Shown here piece after piece: positions 1-8,552 of a stretch of DNA of 64,000 nt (within the stretch, counting starts at the first letter, position 1; every line of letters begins with the position of its first letter). This DNA is from an uncultured bacterium (GTDB lineage Bacteria; Patescibacteriota; Saccharimonadia; UBA4664): NCBI GenBank assembly GCA_963720265.1, contig CAVRET010000002.1, forward strand, positions 878,069 through 942,068, written 5' to 3'. The translations under genes and the position numbers were made by a program. Under the pieces are notes generated by a model. The model was not told the DNA's origin and did not search any database. It was given only the letters and a program-made list of their open reading frames with translations.

Positions 1-3000
1 GTACTCAAGTGTGATAATCTTTCCGTTTACCGGCTCAATAAAATCGATGGTGCCCGTGTCGACACTGAACTTGCCCCAGTTCCGCGAGTTTTCTACCAGT
101 ATCTTGTAGAAGATCAATTGGTTCCGGTATTGCCAGCTCTTAAGCGCCTTATATTTGTCACTTTGCTTCCAGGCCTCAAATCCGGACCCAGTCTTAAAAT
201 CGATCACGTTGATAGTCGTTTTGCTAACTTGCGTCATTTTATCGATTTTGCCCGTGAGTCGGGCCTCGCCCACTACGACTCCCTCTTTGCGGAAATCCTG
301 CTCAATATCATCGGTTGTTTTGAATGTTGCGTACTTTTCGCTCAAGTATGCACGCAAGGTGTCCTGCCCCTTCTTCAGGAAGCGCTTTTCCTCACTTTCG
401 GACAGCCGGTGTGACAAGAGTTGCTTGCGGTAGACTTCGAGTACTTCATCTTCAGTGAGCTTCTTCCCCTGCTTCAACGCCAGATATGCAATCTGAATGG
501 ATTTATGGACAGCGCTACCCATCGCGCCTGCCGGTGACTCAGCTTGCGGAAAACGCAACATATTGTGTAGCAGGAACGTGCGTGGGCCTTCGTGAGTCAC
601 GTCGAGAAAATTATTCAAGTGCGTTACGCTCAGAGCGTAATCTTCAAGCAAAGGTTGTAGCACCGCTCTATCGTCTTTGCTCTGGGGCAGTGGGTGGTAA
701 CTCTGCCATGAGACTGCCAGCGCTGCGGCGGCGAACGGCTTATCTTCGGCATCCGTTACTTCTTCAAAGTCGATACCTACCGTATCCGTTCGAAGGAACG
801 TAGCTAGCTGTGATTCTTTGCCGCGCTCATCAAAGCGGTGCCCGGTCAGATACAGTGATTGTTTAGTTCGAGTCATTGCAACGAAGAACAGGCGCAACTG
901 GTCGTCAAAGGAGTCACCAGTCGGACCAATGGGCAGATTCTTTGGCAGTCTTATGTTGTTGCGACCATGGCCACTGGCCCATACGTCCTCTTGGCAGTTC
1001 AGGATAAACACGGTTTCAAATTCTAGCCCTTTTGCTTTGTGTGCAGTCATCAAATTCACTGCATTATCCGCACCGACATATGGAGAAGAGTCGATTAGCT
1101 GGATGTCATTCTGCTCAAATAGGTCGATAAATAGTAAGAAATCCTTTAGTGTCAGGTGCTCCGTTCGCCTATACTCACGGAGGCGCGTTCGCAATAACCG
1201 CAGGGAAGATAAGAAAGCAAGATGCTTAGTGCTATGAGCGGTCAACTCTGATGCTGGAAAATAATATGAGCGATATGGGCTCACAAATGCAGTTTTGTCG
1301 GCAGCAGTATGAGTCGGTTCCTCGCCTAGCGCGTCGTCGTCTTCGGTGTCGGCGACATCAGTGGCAACCGATCCAATTAGTCGATCAAGCAAATATTCCA
1401 TGGGCTCATTTGAGGCCAACTGACTTGCCTCAAGCAAGAAATTGGCGATGCTACTTAATTGGGCATTCTTACTTGCGACCAAAGCCTGCATCCAACGGCC
1501 AGGTGCAGGCATGCTAAACGCCTCAATGCTCAACCGCCATAGGTCGAGATGGTCTATTTCCCAGAAAGGATAACTCATGACTTCGGCGAGCATGGCATCA
1601 GCTTCATCGTGGCGGCCAAGTGCTAGCAACTGCACAAGCCTAGCAAGCCCAATGAGCTGCATAATGTGTGGCTCGGTAAGAACATTTGACCGGCGTTCAT
1701 ATGCAACAGGGATGTCTAACGATTGAAGGTGCGGTAACATTTGAGCCAGGTTGCTGTGCTGGCGACCAAGAATGGCAATTTCGCTTGGGTCCTGGCCGGC
1801 ATCTAATAGGCGCTTTGCTTCTTTCGCTACCCATGAATATTCGTGCTCGGAGGTTTCTAGCTGAATAGCCTTGATCGTTGTGGGGCCTTCGCGGTTTGAG
1901 ACCAGATCCTTAACAATATAGTCGTATCGATTTTCAAGCCGATCCTCGGCCTGTGTTATGACTGCGCGGGATGCGTCCAAAATCTGCTGGCCCGATCGGT
2001 AATTTTGAACGAGCGTGATGATTTTTGTGTCGCGCCATGACCGTGCAAAATTGAGCATATTGGATAGTTCCGCACCCTGGAACTTATAGATCCCCTGATC
2101 GTCGTCTCCTACGGCCATTACATCGGGCCGTCCTTCGTGCACAGGGTTGTCAGCCACGAGACTCAGTAGCTGCATTTGCGCGTCGTTTGTATCCTGAAAT
2201 TCATCGACAAGGATGAACTGGTGGCGTTCTTGGATGTTGTAGCGTAACTCATCATTGGCCCGCAGCACGCGTACGGCTTCGAGCACCATATCCGAATAAT
2301 CAAACAATTCACGCCGAGAAAGCTCTAGCTGGTAGCCTCGATAGACTTTTGATATCGACAGAAATGTGTCACACACTTTTTTATCGGCGAATACAAACGA
2401 ACCGATGTTGTCCTTTTCGAGCCATTGGTTTTTCCAGGCCGTGACGGACTTAGTACTGCTATCTTCGGCGGCCATTGCTAAGGCTGCATCAAGTGACTCT
2501 AAGAAAATGCCGGACAGTGTGCGGAAAGGACCGACAGTCACCTCGGCGCGTTCCCGAGTAACACTTTCGGCATACTTCTCAAGTGCAGTCACGGTGGCCG
2601 CGGAGACGCGTGCAGCGAAAATGTCGTACAGGCCCGGTTCGAGTAGTTTCATACACTCCCGATTCTCGCCAATAATCTTATCCAGCCCATCTGGGTCTAA
2701 GCCCGATTTTTTCAAATCGGCAATGATACTTAAGACTGCCCGTAGCCGCGTGTACTTACCATTTAATTTTGAACTTAAAGGATCGTCATAGGGCAGGTTT
2801 GAAAATATAGATTGCAGGATATCGAGCTGCGCTAATTCATCGGTGGGCGCGAAAGTTGCACCCATATAAAAATGCTCTGGGTAACTTGCGATGATCTCGG
2901 TTCCAAAGCTATGAAATGTGTGAATAGCCACTTTGTGTGCGGCCGTACCAATGAGCCGCAAAAGGCGTTCGCGCAGGGCCATGGCAGCCGAGTCTGTAAA

Positions 3001-3186
3001 TGTTAAACACAGAATATTCGACGGTTGCGCGTCGGTTTGACGCAAGATGTTGGCCACTCTCATGGATAGTAATTGGGTCTTGCCGGACCCTGGGCCGGCA
3101 ACCACTAGCAGGGGTCCCTGGATAGTGTCGACCGCCTCGCGCTGCTCGATATTCAGTTTTGCGTATTCAAGGTCAAAATCAGCCAT
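1..3186 (-). CDS. UvrD/PcrA-type SF1 helicase fused to a C-terminal RecB-type PD-(D/E)xK nuclease (AddA/AdnB-like); runs off the left window edge
   Basis: Not in the ORF track (no stop in window). Hand translation from ATG 3186 gives MADFDLEYAKLNIEQREAVDTIQGPLLVVAGPGSGKTQLLSMRVANIL (Q motif + Walker A). LVDEFQDTN near 2200, VGDDDQGIYKFQGA near 2100, and C-terminal LTGKIDK...VIDFKTG...QLIFY nuclease motifs at about 100-260. Confidence 0.93.
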   Translation of the reverse strand, partial: MADFDLEYAKLNIEQREAVDTIQGPLLVVAGPGSGKTQLLSMRVANILRQTDAQPSNILCLTFTDSAAMALRERLLRLIGTAAHKVAIHTFHSFGTEIIASYPEHFYMGATFAPTDELAQLDILQSIFSNLPYDDPLSSKLNGKYTRLRAVLSIIADLKKSGLDPDGLDKIIGENRECMKLLEPGLYDIFAARVSAATVTALEKYAESVTRERAEVTVGPFRTLSGIFLESLDAALAMAAEDSSTKSVTAWKNQWLEKDNIGSFVFADKKVCDTFLSISKVYRGYQLELSRRELFDYSDMVLEAVRVLRANDELRYNIQERHQFILVDEFQDTNDAQMQLLSLVADNPVHEGRPDVMAVGDDDQGIYKFQGAELSNMLNFARSWRDTKIITLVQNYRSGQQILDASRAVITQAEDRLENRYDYIVKDLVSNREGPTTIKAIQLETSEHEYSWVAKEAKRLLDAGQDPSEIAILGRQHSNLAQMLPHLQSLDIPVAYERRSNVLTEPHIMQLIGLARLVQLLALGRHDEADAMLAEVMSYPFWEIDHLDLWRLSIEAFSMPAPGRWMQALVASKNAQLSSIANFLLEASQLASNEPMEYLLDRLIGSVATDVADTEDDDALGEEPTHTAADKTAFVSPYRSYYFPASELTAHSTKHLAFLSSLRLLRTRLREYRRTEHLTLKDFLLFIDLFEQNDIQLIDSSPYVGADNAVNLMTAHKAKGLEFETVFILNCQEDVWASGHGRNNIRLPKNLPIGPTGDSFDDQLRLFFVAMTRTKQSLYLTGHRFDERGKESQLATFLRTDTVGIDFEEVTDAEDKPFAAAALAVSWQSYHPLPQSKDDRAVLQPLLEDYALSVTHLNNFLDVTHEGPRTFLLHNMLRFPQAESPAGAMGSAVHKSIQIAYLALKQGKKLTEDEVLEVYRKQLLSHRLSESEEKRFLKKGQDTLRAYLSEKYATFKTTDDIEQDFRKEGVVVGEARLTGKIDKMTQVSKTTINVIDFKTGSGFEAWKQSDKYKALKSWQYRNQLIFYKILVENSRNWGKFSVDTGTIDFIEPVNGKIITLEY

Positions 3187-3243
3187 GGAGCCTATTATAC
3201 GGGACAATCTCTAAATCTGGCATACTAGCAAAGTAGCCGACCA

Positions 3244-4656
3244 TTAATACGCGGCTTCAGCTGGATAGATGCTCTCATACCATAGTTGTAGGTCTTCCAT
3301 GAGGTGGCGGGCCTTGGGCTGCCCCTCAGTCCATATCCGTTCAACTTCAAGATTGAATTCTTCTGTATCGTTTAAGATACGCTTGGAGCGGTAAGTCTCC
3401 CAGATCTCGCGCTCTTGTGTCGATAAGGTATCTGGATAATTTCGAGCCTTATAGCGTATGAATAATTCTGGCAAGCGGGGGTCCGTAAAGTTTGGCGCTA
3501 GACTCACCAGCTGTTCATGGGAAGCCGCCCTGACGGTTGTGGCAGAATTGTCGCTGATAAAGCCCCCATATAGATCGGCGTCCACGTCGTTTGGCGAGAT
3601 GAATTCATGGCCGTCATAGTCGTAAGCCGCGCTGATTCTTGCGCCAAAATCGCTGCTCCTCAGTAGCTGCCGGTACTGTTCAATCTGATCGATGTCGAGA
3701 CTCAACCGCTCACTGATCATGGAGTCCATAACCGAAATTGGTGCCACAGCAGGGCATTTATTTAGAGCCAGCTCCTTTACAGGTACGCGGGCTTGGCCGT
3801 TTGCATCTAATTCTTCGCGTTTTGCGAAAATATTCTTGTTCAGTTGTTCAGTTGTCATATTGAGAAATGGTGACGGATCAATGCGCAGATCAAACACTAT
3901 ATAGCTGTCTTTGCGTTGCCCCGTCGAAATAATTTCAGCAACACTAGTAAACAAGTGCTGCTTACCATACATACGCGTGGTGTAGACGAACGGAACCGGC
4001 GATGACGGTTTAATAACTTGCGCGACTTTAGCTTTGGTGCGCAGCTGGAGCAGGTAGTCGAACAATCTGGGCTGCTTTTCCATCATCAGCTTTGCAAAGG
4101 CAATCAAGGCATTTACGTCACCCAATGCTGAGTGAGCTTCGTCGTGCTGGATGTCATTGGCCCTTGCTAGTGCCTCGAGCGTGAAGATAGCTCTACCATC
4201 TTCATCGACTGGCCAATTGATGCCATCAGGGCGTAGTGCACAAGTCATTCTGGCTACATCCAGCAGATCCCAGCGCGATCTTGCATCTTTCCATGCCCAT
4301 TCGTAAGCGTCGTAGAAGCTACGGTAAAGCAAGAAACGGATGAAATTGTCATCAAAGCGAATATTGTTGAACCCAACCATTATTGTTCCCGGCGTTAAGA
4401 CATCATTCATCAATAGCCGGACGAGGTCAACTTCGCTGATGCCGTCAGCTAATGTCTGCTGTGGAGTAATCGAGGTCGTAAGAATAGCCTGCGGAGCCGG
4501 CAGAACATCATCTGCTAATTTGACCAGGACGCTGGTTGGCTGCCCAATGGGCTGTAAATCCAAAGTTGCGCGCTGACCGGCAAATTGCATTATTCGGTGC
4601 TTGCGTGGATCAAGCCCCGATGTTTCGAGGTCATAAAAGTAAAAAGTCTCACTCAT
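3244..4656 (-). CDS. sbcB: Exodeoxyribonuclease I
   Basis: FYDLETSG...QFAG, GFNNIRFDD, AHSALGDV DEDDh motifs, LALNKCP and DADLYGGF match ExoI. Start set at MSETF (4656), 9 nt after a TATAAT. Confidence 0.93.
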   Translation of the reverse strand: MSETFYFYDLETSGLDPRKHRIMQFAGQRATLDLQPIGQPTSVLVKLADDVLPAPQAILTTSITPQQTLADGISEVDLVRLLMNDVLTPGTIMVGFNNIRFDDNFIRFLLYRSFYDAYEWAWKDARSRWDLLDVARMTCALRPDGINWPVDEDGRAIFTLEALARANDIQHDEAHSALGDVNALIAFAKLMMEKQPRLFDYLLQLRTKAKVAQVIKPSSPVPFVYTTRMYGKQHLFTSVAEIISTGQRKDSYIVFDLRIDPSPFLNMTTEQLNKNIFAKREELDANGQARVPVKELALNKCPAVAPISVMDSMISERLSLDIDQIEQYRQLLRSSDFGARISAAYDYDGHEFISPNDVDADLYGGFISDNSATTVRAASHEQLVSLAPNFTDPRLPELFIRYKARNYPDTLSTQEREIWETYRSKRILNDTEEFNLEVERIWTEGQPKARHLMEDLQLWYESIYPAEAAY

Positions 4657-4771
4657 GAGACTTCCATTATATTCCATGCGCGAGATTCGCCCCAAGCGCC
4701 GTACCCTTTGGTTGGCTTACACCCTCAAAGCGGGCGCTTCGACAAATTTGGGTAATTGAGTTCAAACGAAC

Positions 4772-4798
4772 GAGCGGGGCCTATTTGGAGCCCCGCTC
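4772..4798. terminator. Stem-loop, probable intrinsic terminator
   Basis: GAGCGGGGC-N9-GCCCCGCTC just downstream of the 4805-5056 minus ORF. Confidence 0.6.
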
Positions 4799-4804
4799 TC
4801 GCGT

Positions 4805-5056
4805 TTAGTTGGTTAAGCGGGTTACCCGTATGTTCAGGGGTGGTGCCTGAAGTGCGTCATTTAACCAAACTACTACACGCTCATCTTCACCTTTTACCTG
4901 CCAGAGACAGATATCTTCTACGTCTTTGCCCTCTGGACCTAGGTATGCCCGGCCATCTCTCCAATTAGATATCATTGCCAATCCATCGGGGGTCTTTATG
5001 ATCCACTCTGCGTCTGATTTATCCTGGTCTCCGTTGGTCGTAGGAGGACCGAACAC
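4805..5056 (-). CDS. Hypothetical protein (phage/MGE-like); the frame is open further upstream, so the start is uncertain
   Basis: Protein-like composition (FGPP...DKSDAEW...NWRDG..YLG), followed by a terminator hairpin. Confidence 0.6.
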   Translation of the reverse strand: MFGPPTTNGDQDKSDAEWIIKTPDGLAMISNWRDGRAYLGPEGKDVEDICLWQVKGEDERVVVWLNDALQAPPLNIRVTRLTN

Positions 5057-5383
5057 AGCAACTAGGTAGTCATAGCTGACAGCGAAGGCGGCACGATATT
5101 TCGTGAAGTAGGCTCGTTCAACCGTGAGCTCAAATACAATGATCCACGATATTCTACCTTGGCGGTTTATTTTATAGGCGGGCTGCGGCTTTATTTTTTG
5201 AAACAGGACTTTATCCCTTCTTCTTATTGATATGGCACCAGAGGTGATACCAGAGATCTAATCGTGATGAAAGCTTGAGGGGGATGGCGTCGAGAAAACA
5301 TTAAAAAAGAACAGGCACTGTGCTCGTTCTATAATCTGATATGTCTATTTAATTGGTCCCCGCGTTCTGTGATCCCGAAAATG

Positions 5384-5641
5384 CTACAGGTCTACTATCT
5401 CGTTGCTGTCTTTTGGACCTCGCGGGCGCGGAGTACGGTATGGCTGCGGTCCGCTGCCAATTGCGCTCGAAGGTGACTCGACCGCCACGGCAACGCCTAC
5501 ATCTATTAACTCTTGCGCACGATCGGTATCTCTAACATACCTACGATCGCCCGGATTAAATTGCTTATACCCTTGGGCAAACTCAATATACTTCACGGTT
5601 TTTCGCTTTTCTGTAGTTCCTGAACAGCCTCTTCGAGCCAT
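5384..5641 (-). CDS. Small hypothetical protein
   Basis: ORF overlapping the end of the upstream 5593-5901 ORF; true start probably internal. Confidence 0.4.
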   Translation of the reverse strand: MARRGCSGTTEKRKTVKYIEFAQGYKQFNPGDRRYVRDTDRAQELIDVGVAVAVESPSSAIGSGPQPYRTPRPRGPKDSNEIVDL

Positions 5642-5901
5642 GCCATAGCAGTATTGTCGTCTAGAACAAGCTCGCGCTGATGATCCCGCAAATCTGCAAT
5701 ATGAGTCTGTAACATTAGCTTTACAGCCTCAGTTAGCTCATTTGATTCATAATTGTATCGGCCAACCAACTCCAACTCTTCGAGGTCATCGCGATCGTAC
5801 CGGATGTCGGGTCGACCTCCGCCGGGTACGCCATTTTTGTGCACCCAATATCTGACTGAGATGGATTTCGTTGCTTGATCTGGAAATATCCCAAAATCCA
5901 T
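5593..5901 (-). CDS. Hypothetical protein
   Basis: 102-aa ORF with an acidic helical C-terminus. Confidence 0.5.
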   Translation of the reverse strand: MDFGIFPDQATKSISVRYWVHKNGVPGGGRPDIRYDRDDLEELELVGRYNYESNELTEAVKLMLQTHIADLRDHQRELVLDDNTAMAWLEEAVQELQKSEKP

Positions 5902-6240
5902 TGAGATCGTTTCACCGTCAAGTAATACTTGCTCGTACGTGTACTCCTCCTTGTCCGGGATAGGAGTTATATCTTACCACCATTTGAAAGTTGCTGCTCA
6001 TGCTTGAATGTGACTATACGCCAAACGCCAAAACGGGCTTTATTAGAGCCCGTTTTGGTCTGGATAGTCTTTGAGCTGGACAAGTGCCTGCACGTACTCA
6101 AAGCGTGGATTTCCACCTCACACACATATGACTATCTAAGTTGGTTGTAACATTAGCCCAATACATATTCAAGATGGTTATGTATAACACGTGGCAAAGC
6201 TCGCGTTAAAATAGGTCACAGGTGATCTATAGGAGGAAAA

Positions 6241-6402
6241 ATGGCCGACGACAAAGTAACTTTATACTGTAAGAGTGACACGTGTAAGAGTGGTGGCGAG
6301 TTTACAATTACAAAAGAGGAACAAGATTACTATGAGCAACGGATCGGTCAGCTTCCCCGCTATTGTCCAACTTGTTCGAAAGAGCGAAAGAAGGCTGCCT
6401 AA
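6241..6402 (+). CDS. Small zinc-ribbon protein (zf-trcl-like), 53 aa, missed by the ORF track
   Basis: Strong RBS AGGAGG 4 nt before ATG. MADDKVTLYCKSDTCKSGGEFTITKEEQDYYEQRIGQLPRYCPTCSKERKKAA carries Cx4C...F.I...EQ.YY......P..CxxC. Confidence 0.85.
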   Translation: MADDKVTLYCKSDTCKSGGEFTITKEEQDYYEQRIGQLPRYCPTCSKERKKAA

Positions 6403-6471
6403 GAGGCAGCGACTTAGTCTGACGAGAATAGCCATTTTTGAGTCCGATGTAAAAAATTGGACCTAGTAGCA

Positions 6472-7149
6472 TTATCGTTTGGTTTTGTGTCGCCACCAGA
6501 ATGTAGAAGGAGAATAAGGTACTGTAAGCTGCGGCGATTTGTTGACGATTGCCACTAGACCAGTACTTCGCGCCCCTAGCCCGTCGATCTGGGCGAGCGT
6601 ATCGGCAACATTGTCATAATTGACTTGCAGGAGACGCTTTTCCATTCGTAGAACGTTGATGCCCATTCGGGCATACTCTAATTGATCGCGTTTCTCCAGT
6701 AGCAGGCCCAGGTCATCTTCGTCAGGATGACCTTCTTCCAGCTCACTGACGCCGTCTGTAAGCTTTGTGAGGGCGTCACTAAGTTGGTCCTGCAGCAGCT
6801 CTTGGTATTCTTTGCTGCGGTACTGCTCGCTAGCTAGCATGAATCCGTCAATTTCGGCAACTTTATCCTTGATCTCATCCAGAGTTAGTACGCCAGATTC
6901 TGCCGTGGCCTCTCCGAACTCAATGTTCGTCCCGCGTGGAGTTTCATCCAAGCGCTCTGAAAGATCGTATGCCTGTGCCCACAAACTGATAAGAAGTACG
7001 AGGTTTGGAGGAGCCTCTTCTTCCAGATCTTTGCACCAATACATCATCCTTGCAGCTTCGACTTCAGCCATAGTGGTCGCGATTGAAGCTGTAAGCCACT
7101 GTTGTTTTAAGGGAGCATTGAAGTTATCGGCTCGCTCGTTTTGAGGCAT
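6472..7149 (-). CDS. Acidic helical hypothetical protein, gene 4 of the helicase operon (immunity-like?)
   Basis: TAATG overlap with the upstream gene; C-terminal PSTFWWRH. Confidence 0.75.
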   Translation of the reverse strand: MPQNERADNFNAPLKQQWLTASIATTMAEVEAARMMYWCKDLEEEAPPNLVLLISLWAQAYDLSERLDETPRGTNIEFGEATAESGVLTLDEIKDKVAEIDGFMLASEQYRSKEYQELLQDQLSDALTKLTDGVSELEEGHPDEDDLGLLLEKRDQLEYARMGINVLRMEKRLLQVNYDNVADTLAQIDGLGARSTGLVAIVNKSPQLTVPYSPSTFWWRHKTKR

Positions 7150-7601
7150 TAGCTAGTTTCTCGCTGCAAAACTTCAGGGAATGGCTTATGCGGGTCATAG
7201 TCGTCAGGTAACTGGATGGGCTCATCATCGCTGCTAAGGTAGTATTTGTTTGCCAGTTCGTAAAACTGAGGCAATAATGCCCAGATCATTTCGAGACTAG
7301 CGACGAATCTTTTCCGGAATTCTGCGATATTCACTTGTTTTTTGGCCAAGTAATCTAGGGCGTTGGCTATGTTTTGATAACGATCTCCTGAGTGTATTTC
7401 ATTATTTTTAGCTCCGTAGGTTGCGTCCCAACCATCTGAGTAAAACTCACTTACCAAATCAGCCGCACCAAAGTTGCGACTGCGCTGTACTGTTTCCTCC
7501 AACATGGCAGCCATTGCTTCGAGGCTGCCCAAATATTCCTCTACTACCCCCGGTGTATAGACATCTTTATCTGGTTTCGAAGCTCGCGTCTCTTCACTCA
7601 T
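7149..7601 (-). CDS. Acidic helical hypothetical protein, gene 3 of the operon (candidate immunity protein)
   Basis: Starts 8 nt after the stop of the toxin-like gene. Confidence 0.75.
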   Translation of the reverse strand: MSEETRASKPDKDVYTPGVVEEYLGSLEAMAAMLEETVQRSRNFGAADLVSEFYSDGWDATYGAKNNEIHSGDRYQNIANALDYLAKKQVNIAEFRKRFVASLEMIWALLPQFYELANKYYLSSDDEPIQLPDDYDPHKPFPEVLQRETS

Positions 7602-7609
7602 AGTACTTA

Positions 7610-8551
7610 TTATTGTATAACATTAGTCACCCAACTTGCACTGGCCATCTTGCCCCCGACGTAAGCCATCCCGCGATCGGCTTCATAGACGGTTCGGATG
7701 CTCGGAGGGCTGAACTTATCGTTCAAAATAACTACAAGTTGGCTGCTTATCTCATATTTGATGAGTCTTCCGGAAGTCGAGTCGCGGAACTCCGCTACTT
7801 GGCTTGGATCGAGAGAGCTGGCGATAGGTTTGGCTAGCTGGATCATTTGCTTAAGCTTTTCCGCATCGCTTCCCTGAATATGCAGATCGTCAGCATGATT
7901 TATGATATGGTGGCCGCTGCTTTCCAGATGGCGCCAGGTGTTATCGGGTTGTTGGAAGTACCAGCTGGGATCTGCGCGAATTTCCAGGGGAGTAAGTCCG
8001 GCTACAGCACTCACGGACTGGAGGTGCTTAGCTCCTAAGGCTGGGTCTGACGACCCAAATCTAGGTTTGGGGTCAGATGCCGCAATCGCATTAGTCCAGC
8101 CATTAAAATATTTGGTGGCACGCGCAACGCTTCTAGGCGAAGGGTGCCCTGACCCATTAGCTTGAGGTTTATCAAGCAAATATGCTCTTGGATGTTGCGC
8201 CCTGCCGGTATAATACTTGCCAATCATGTCGGTGGCTTTTGTTTTTATATTGGTTCTCGCAGCATCTGATTTATTTTTCTCACATGGCGCACACAGGGCT
8301 GGCTCGATCCATTCCCCAATTTTTTTGTGATGCATGATTATGCTATTGCGCGAAAATTGTTGAGACCGCCCGCAGTTTCGACAGATGACTTGCACGCTGG
8401 ATTGGCCTTTGCGCCAGGCTATACAGGCCTTGCATGCAAGCGGCATGCTCAGGCCCCTCATCTCGTAGTACCCGACCTCTCCCTCATCAAGTTCAATGTT
8501 CCCATCCCCTTCGCAGTACGCCTGGCGGCAGGTGTCGCTGTAAGCGGCCAT
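7610..8551 (-). CDS. Tandem zinc-ribbon protein with a C-terminal putative RNase toxin-like domain
   Basis: N-terminal Cx4C...CxxC and CxxC...CxxC. C-terminal HIINHADDLHI...LIKYEISSQLVVIL...IRTVYEADRGMAY resembles the HxxxH...Y...IRT(F/Y)...G..Y pattern of BECR-fold polymorphic-toxin RNases (by eye). Confidence 0.7.
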   Translation of the reverse strand: MAAYSDTCRQAYCEGDGNIELDEGEVGYYEMRGLSMPLACKACIAWRKGQSSVQVICRNCGRSQQFSRNSIIMHHKKIGEWIEPALCAPCEKNKSDAARTNIKTKATDMIGKYYTGRAQHPRAYLLDKPQANGSGHPSPRSVARATKYFNGWTNAIAASDPKPRFGSSDPALGAKHLQSVSAVAGLTPLEIRADPSWYFQQPDNTWRHLESSGHHIINHADDLHIQGSDAEKLKQMIQLAKPIASSLDPSQVAEFRDSTSGRLIKYEISSQLVVILNDKFSPPSIRTVYEADRGMAYVGGKMASASWVTNVIQ

Positions 8552-8552
8552 G

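Noticed and set aside
118-2791. Several plus-strand ORFs in the track
   Set aside because: They are antisense shadows of the long minus-strand helicase-nuclease gene.
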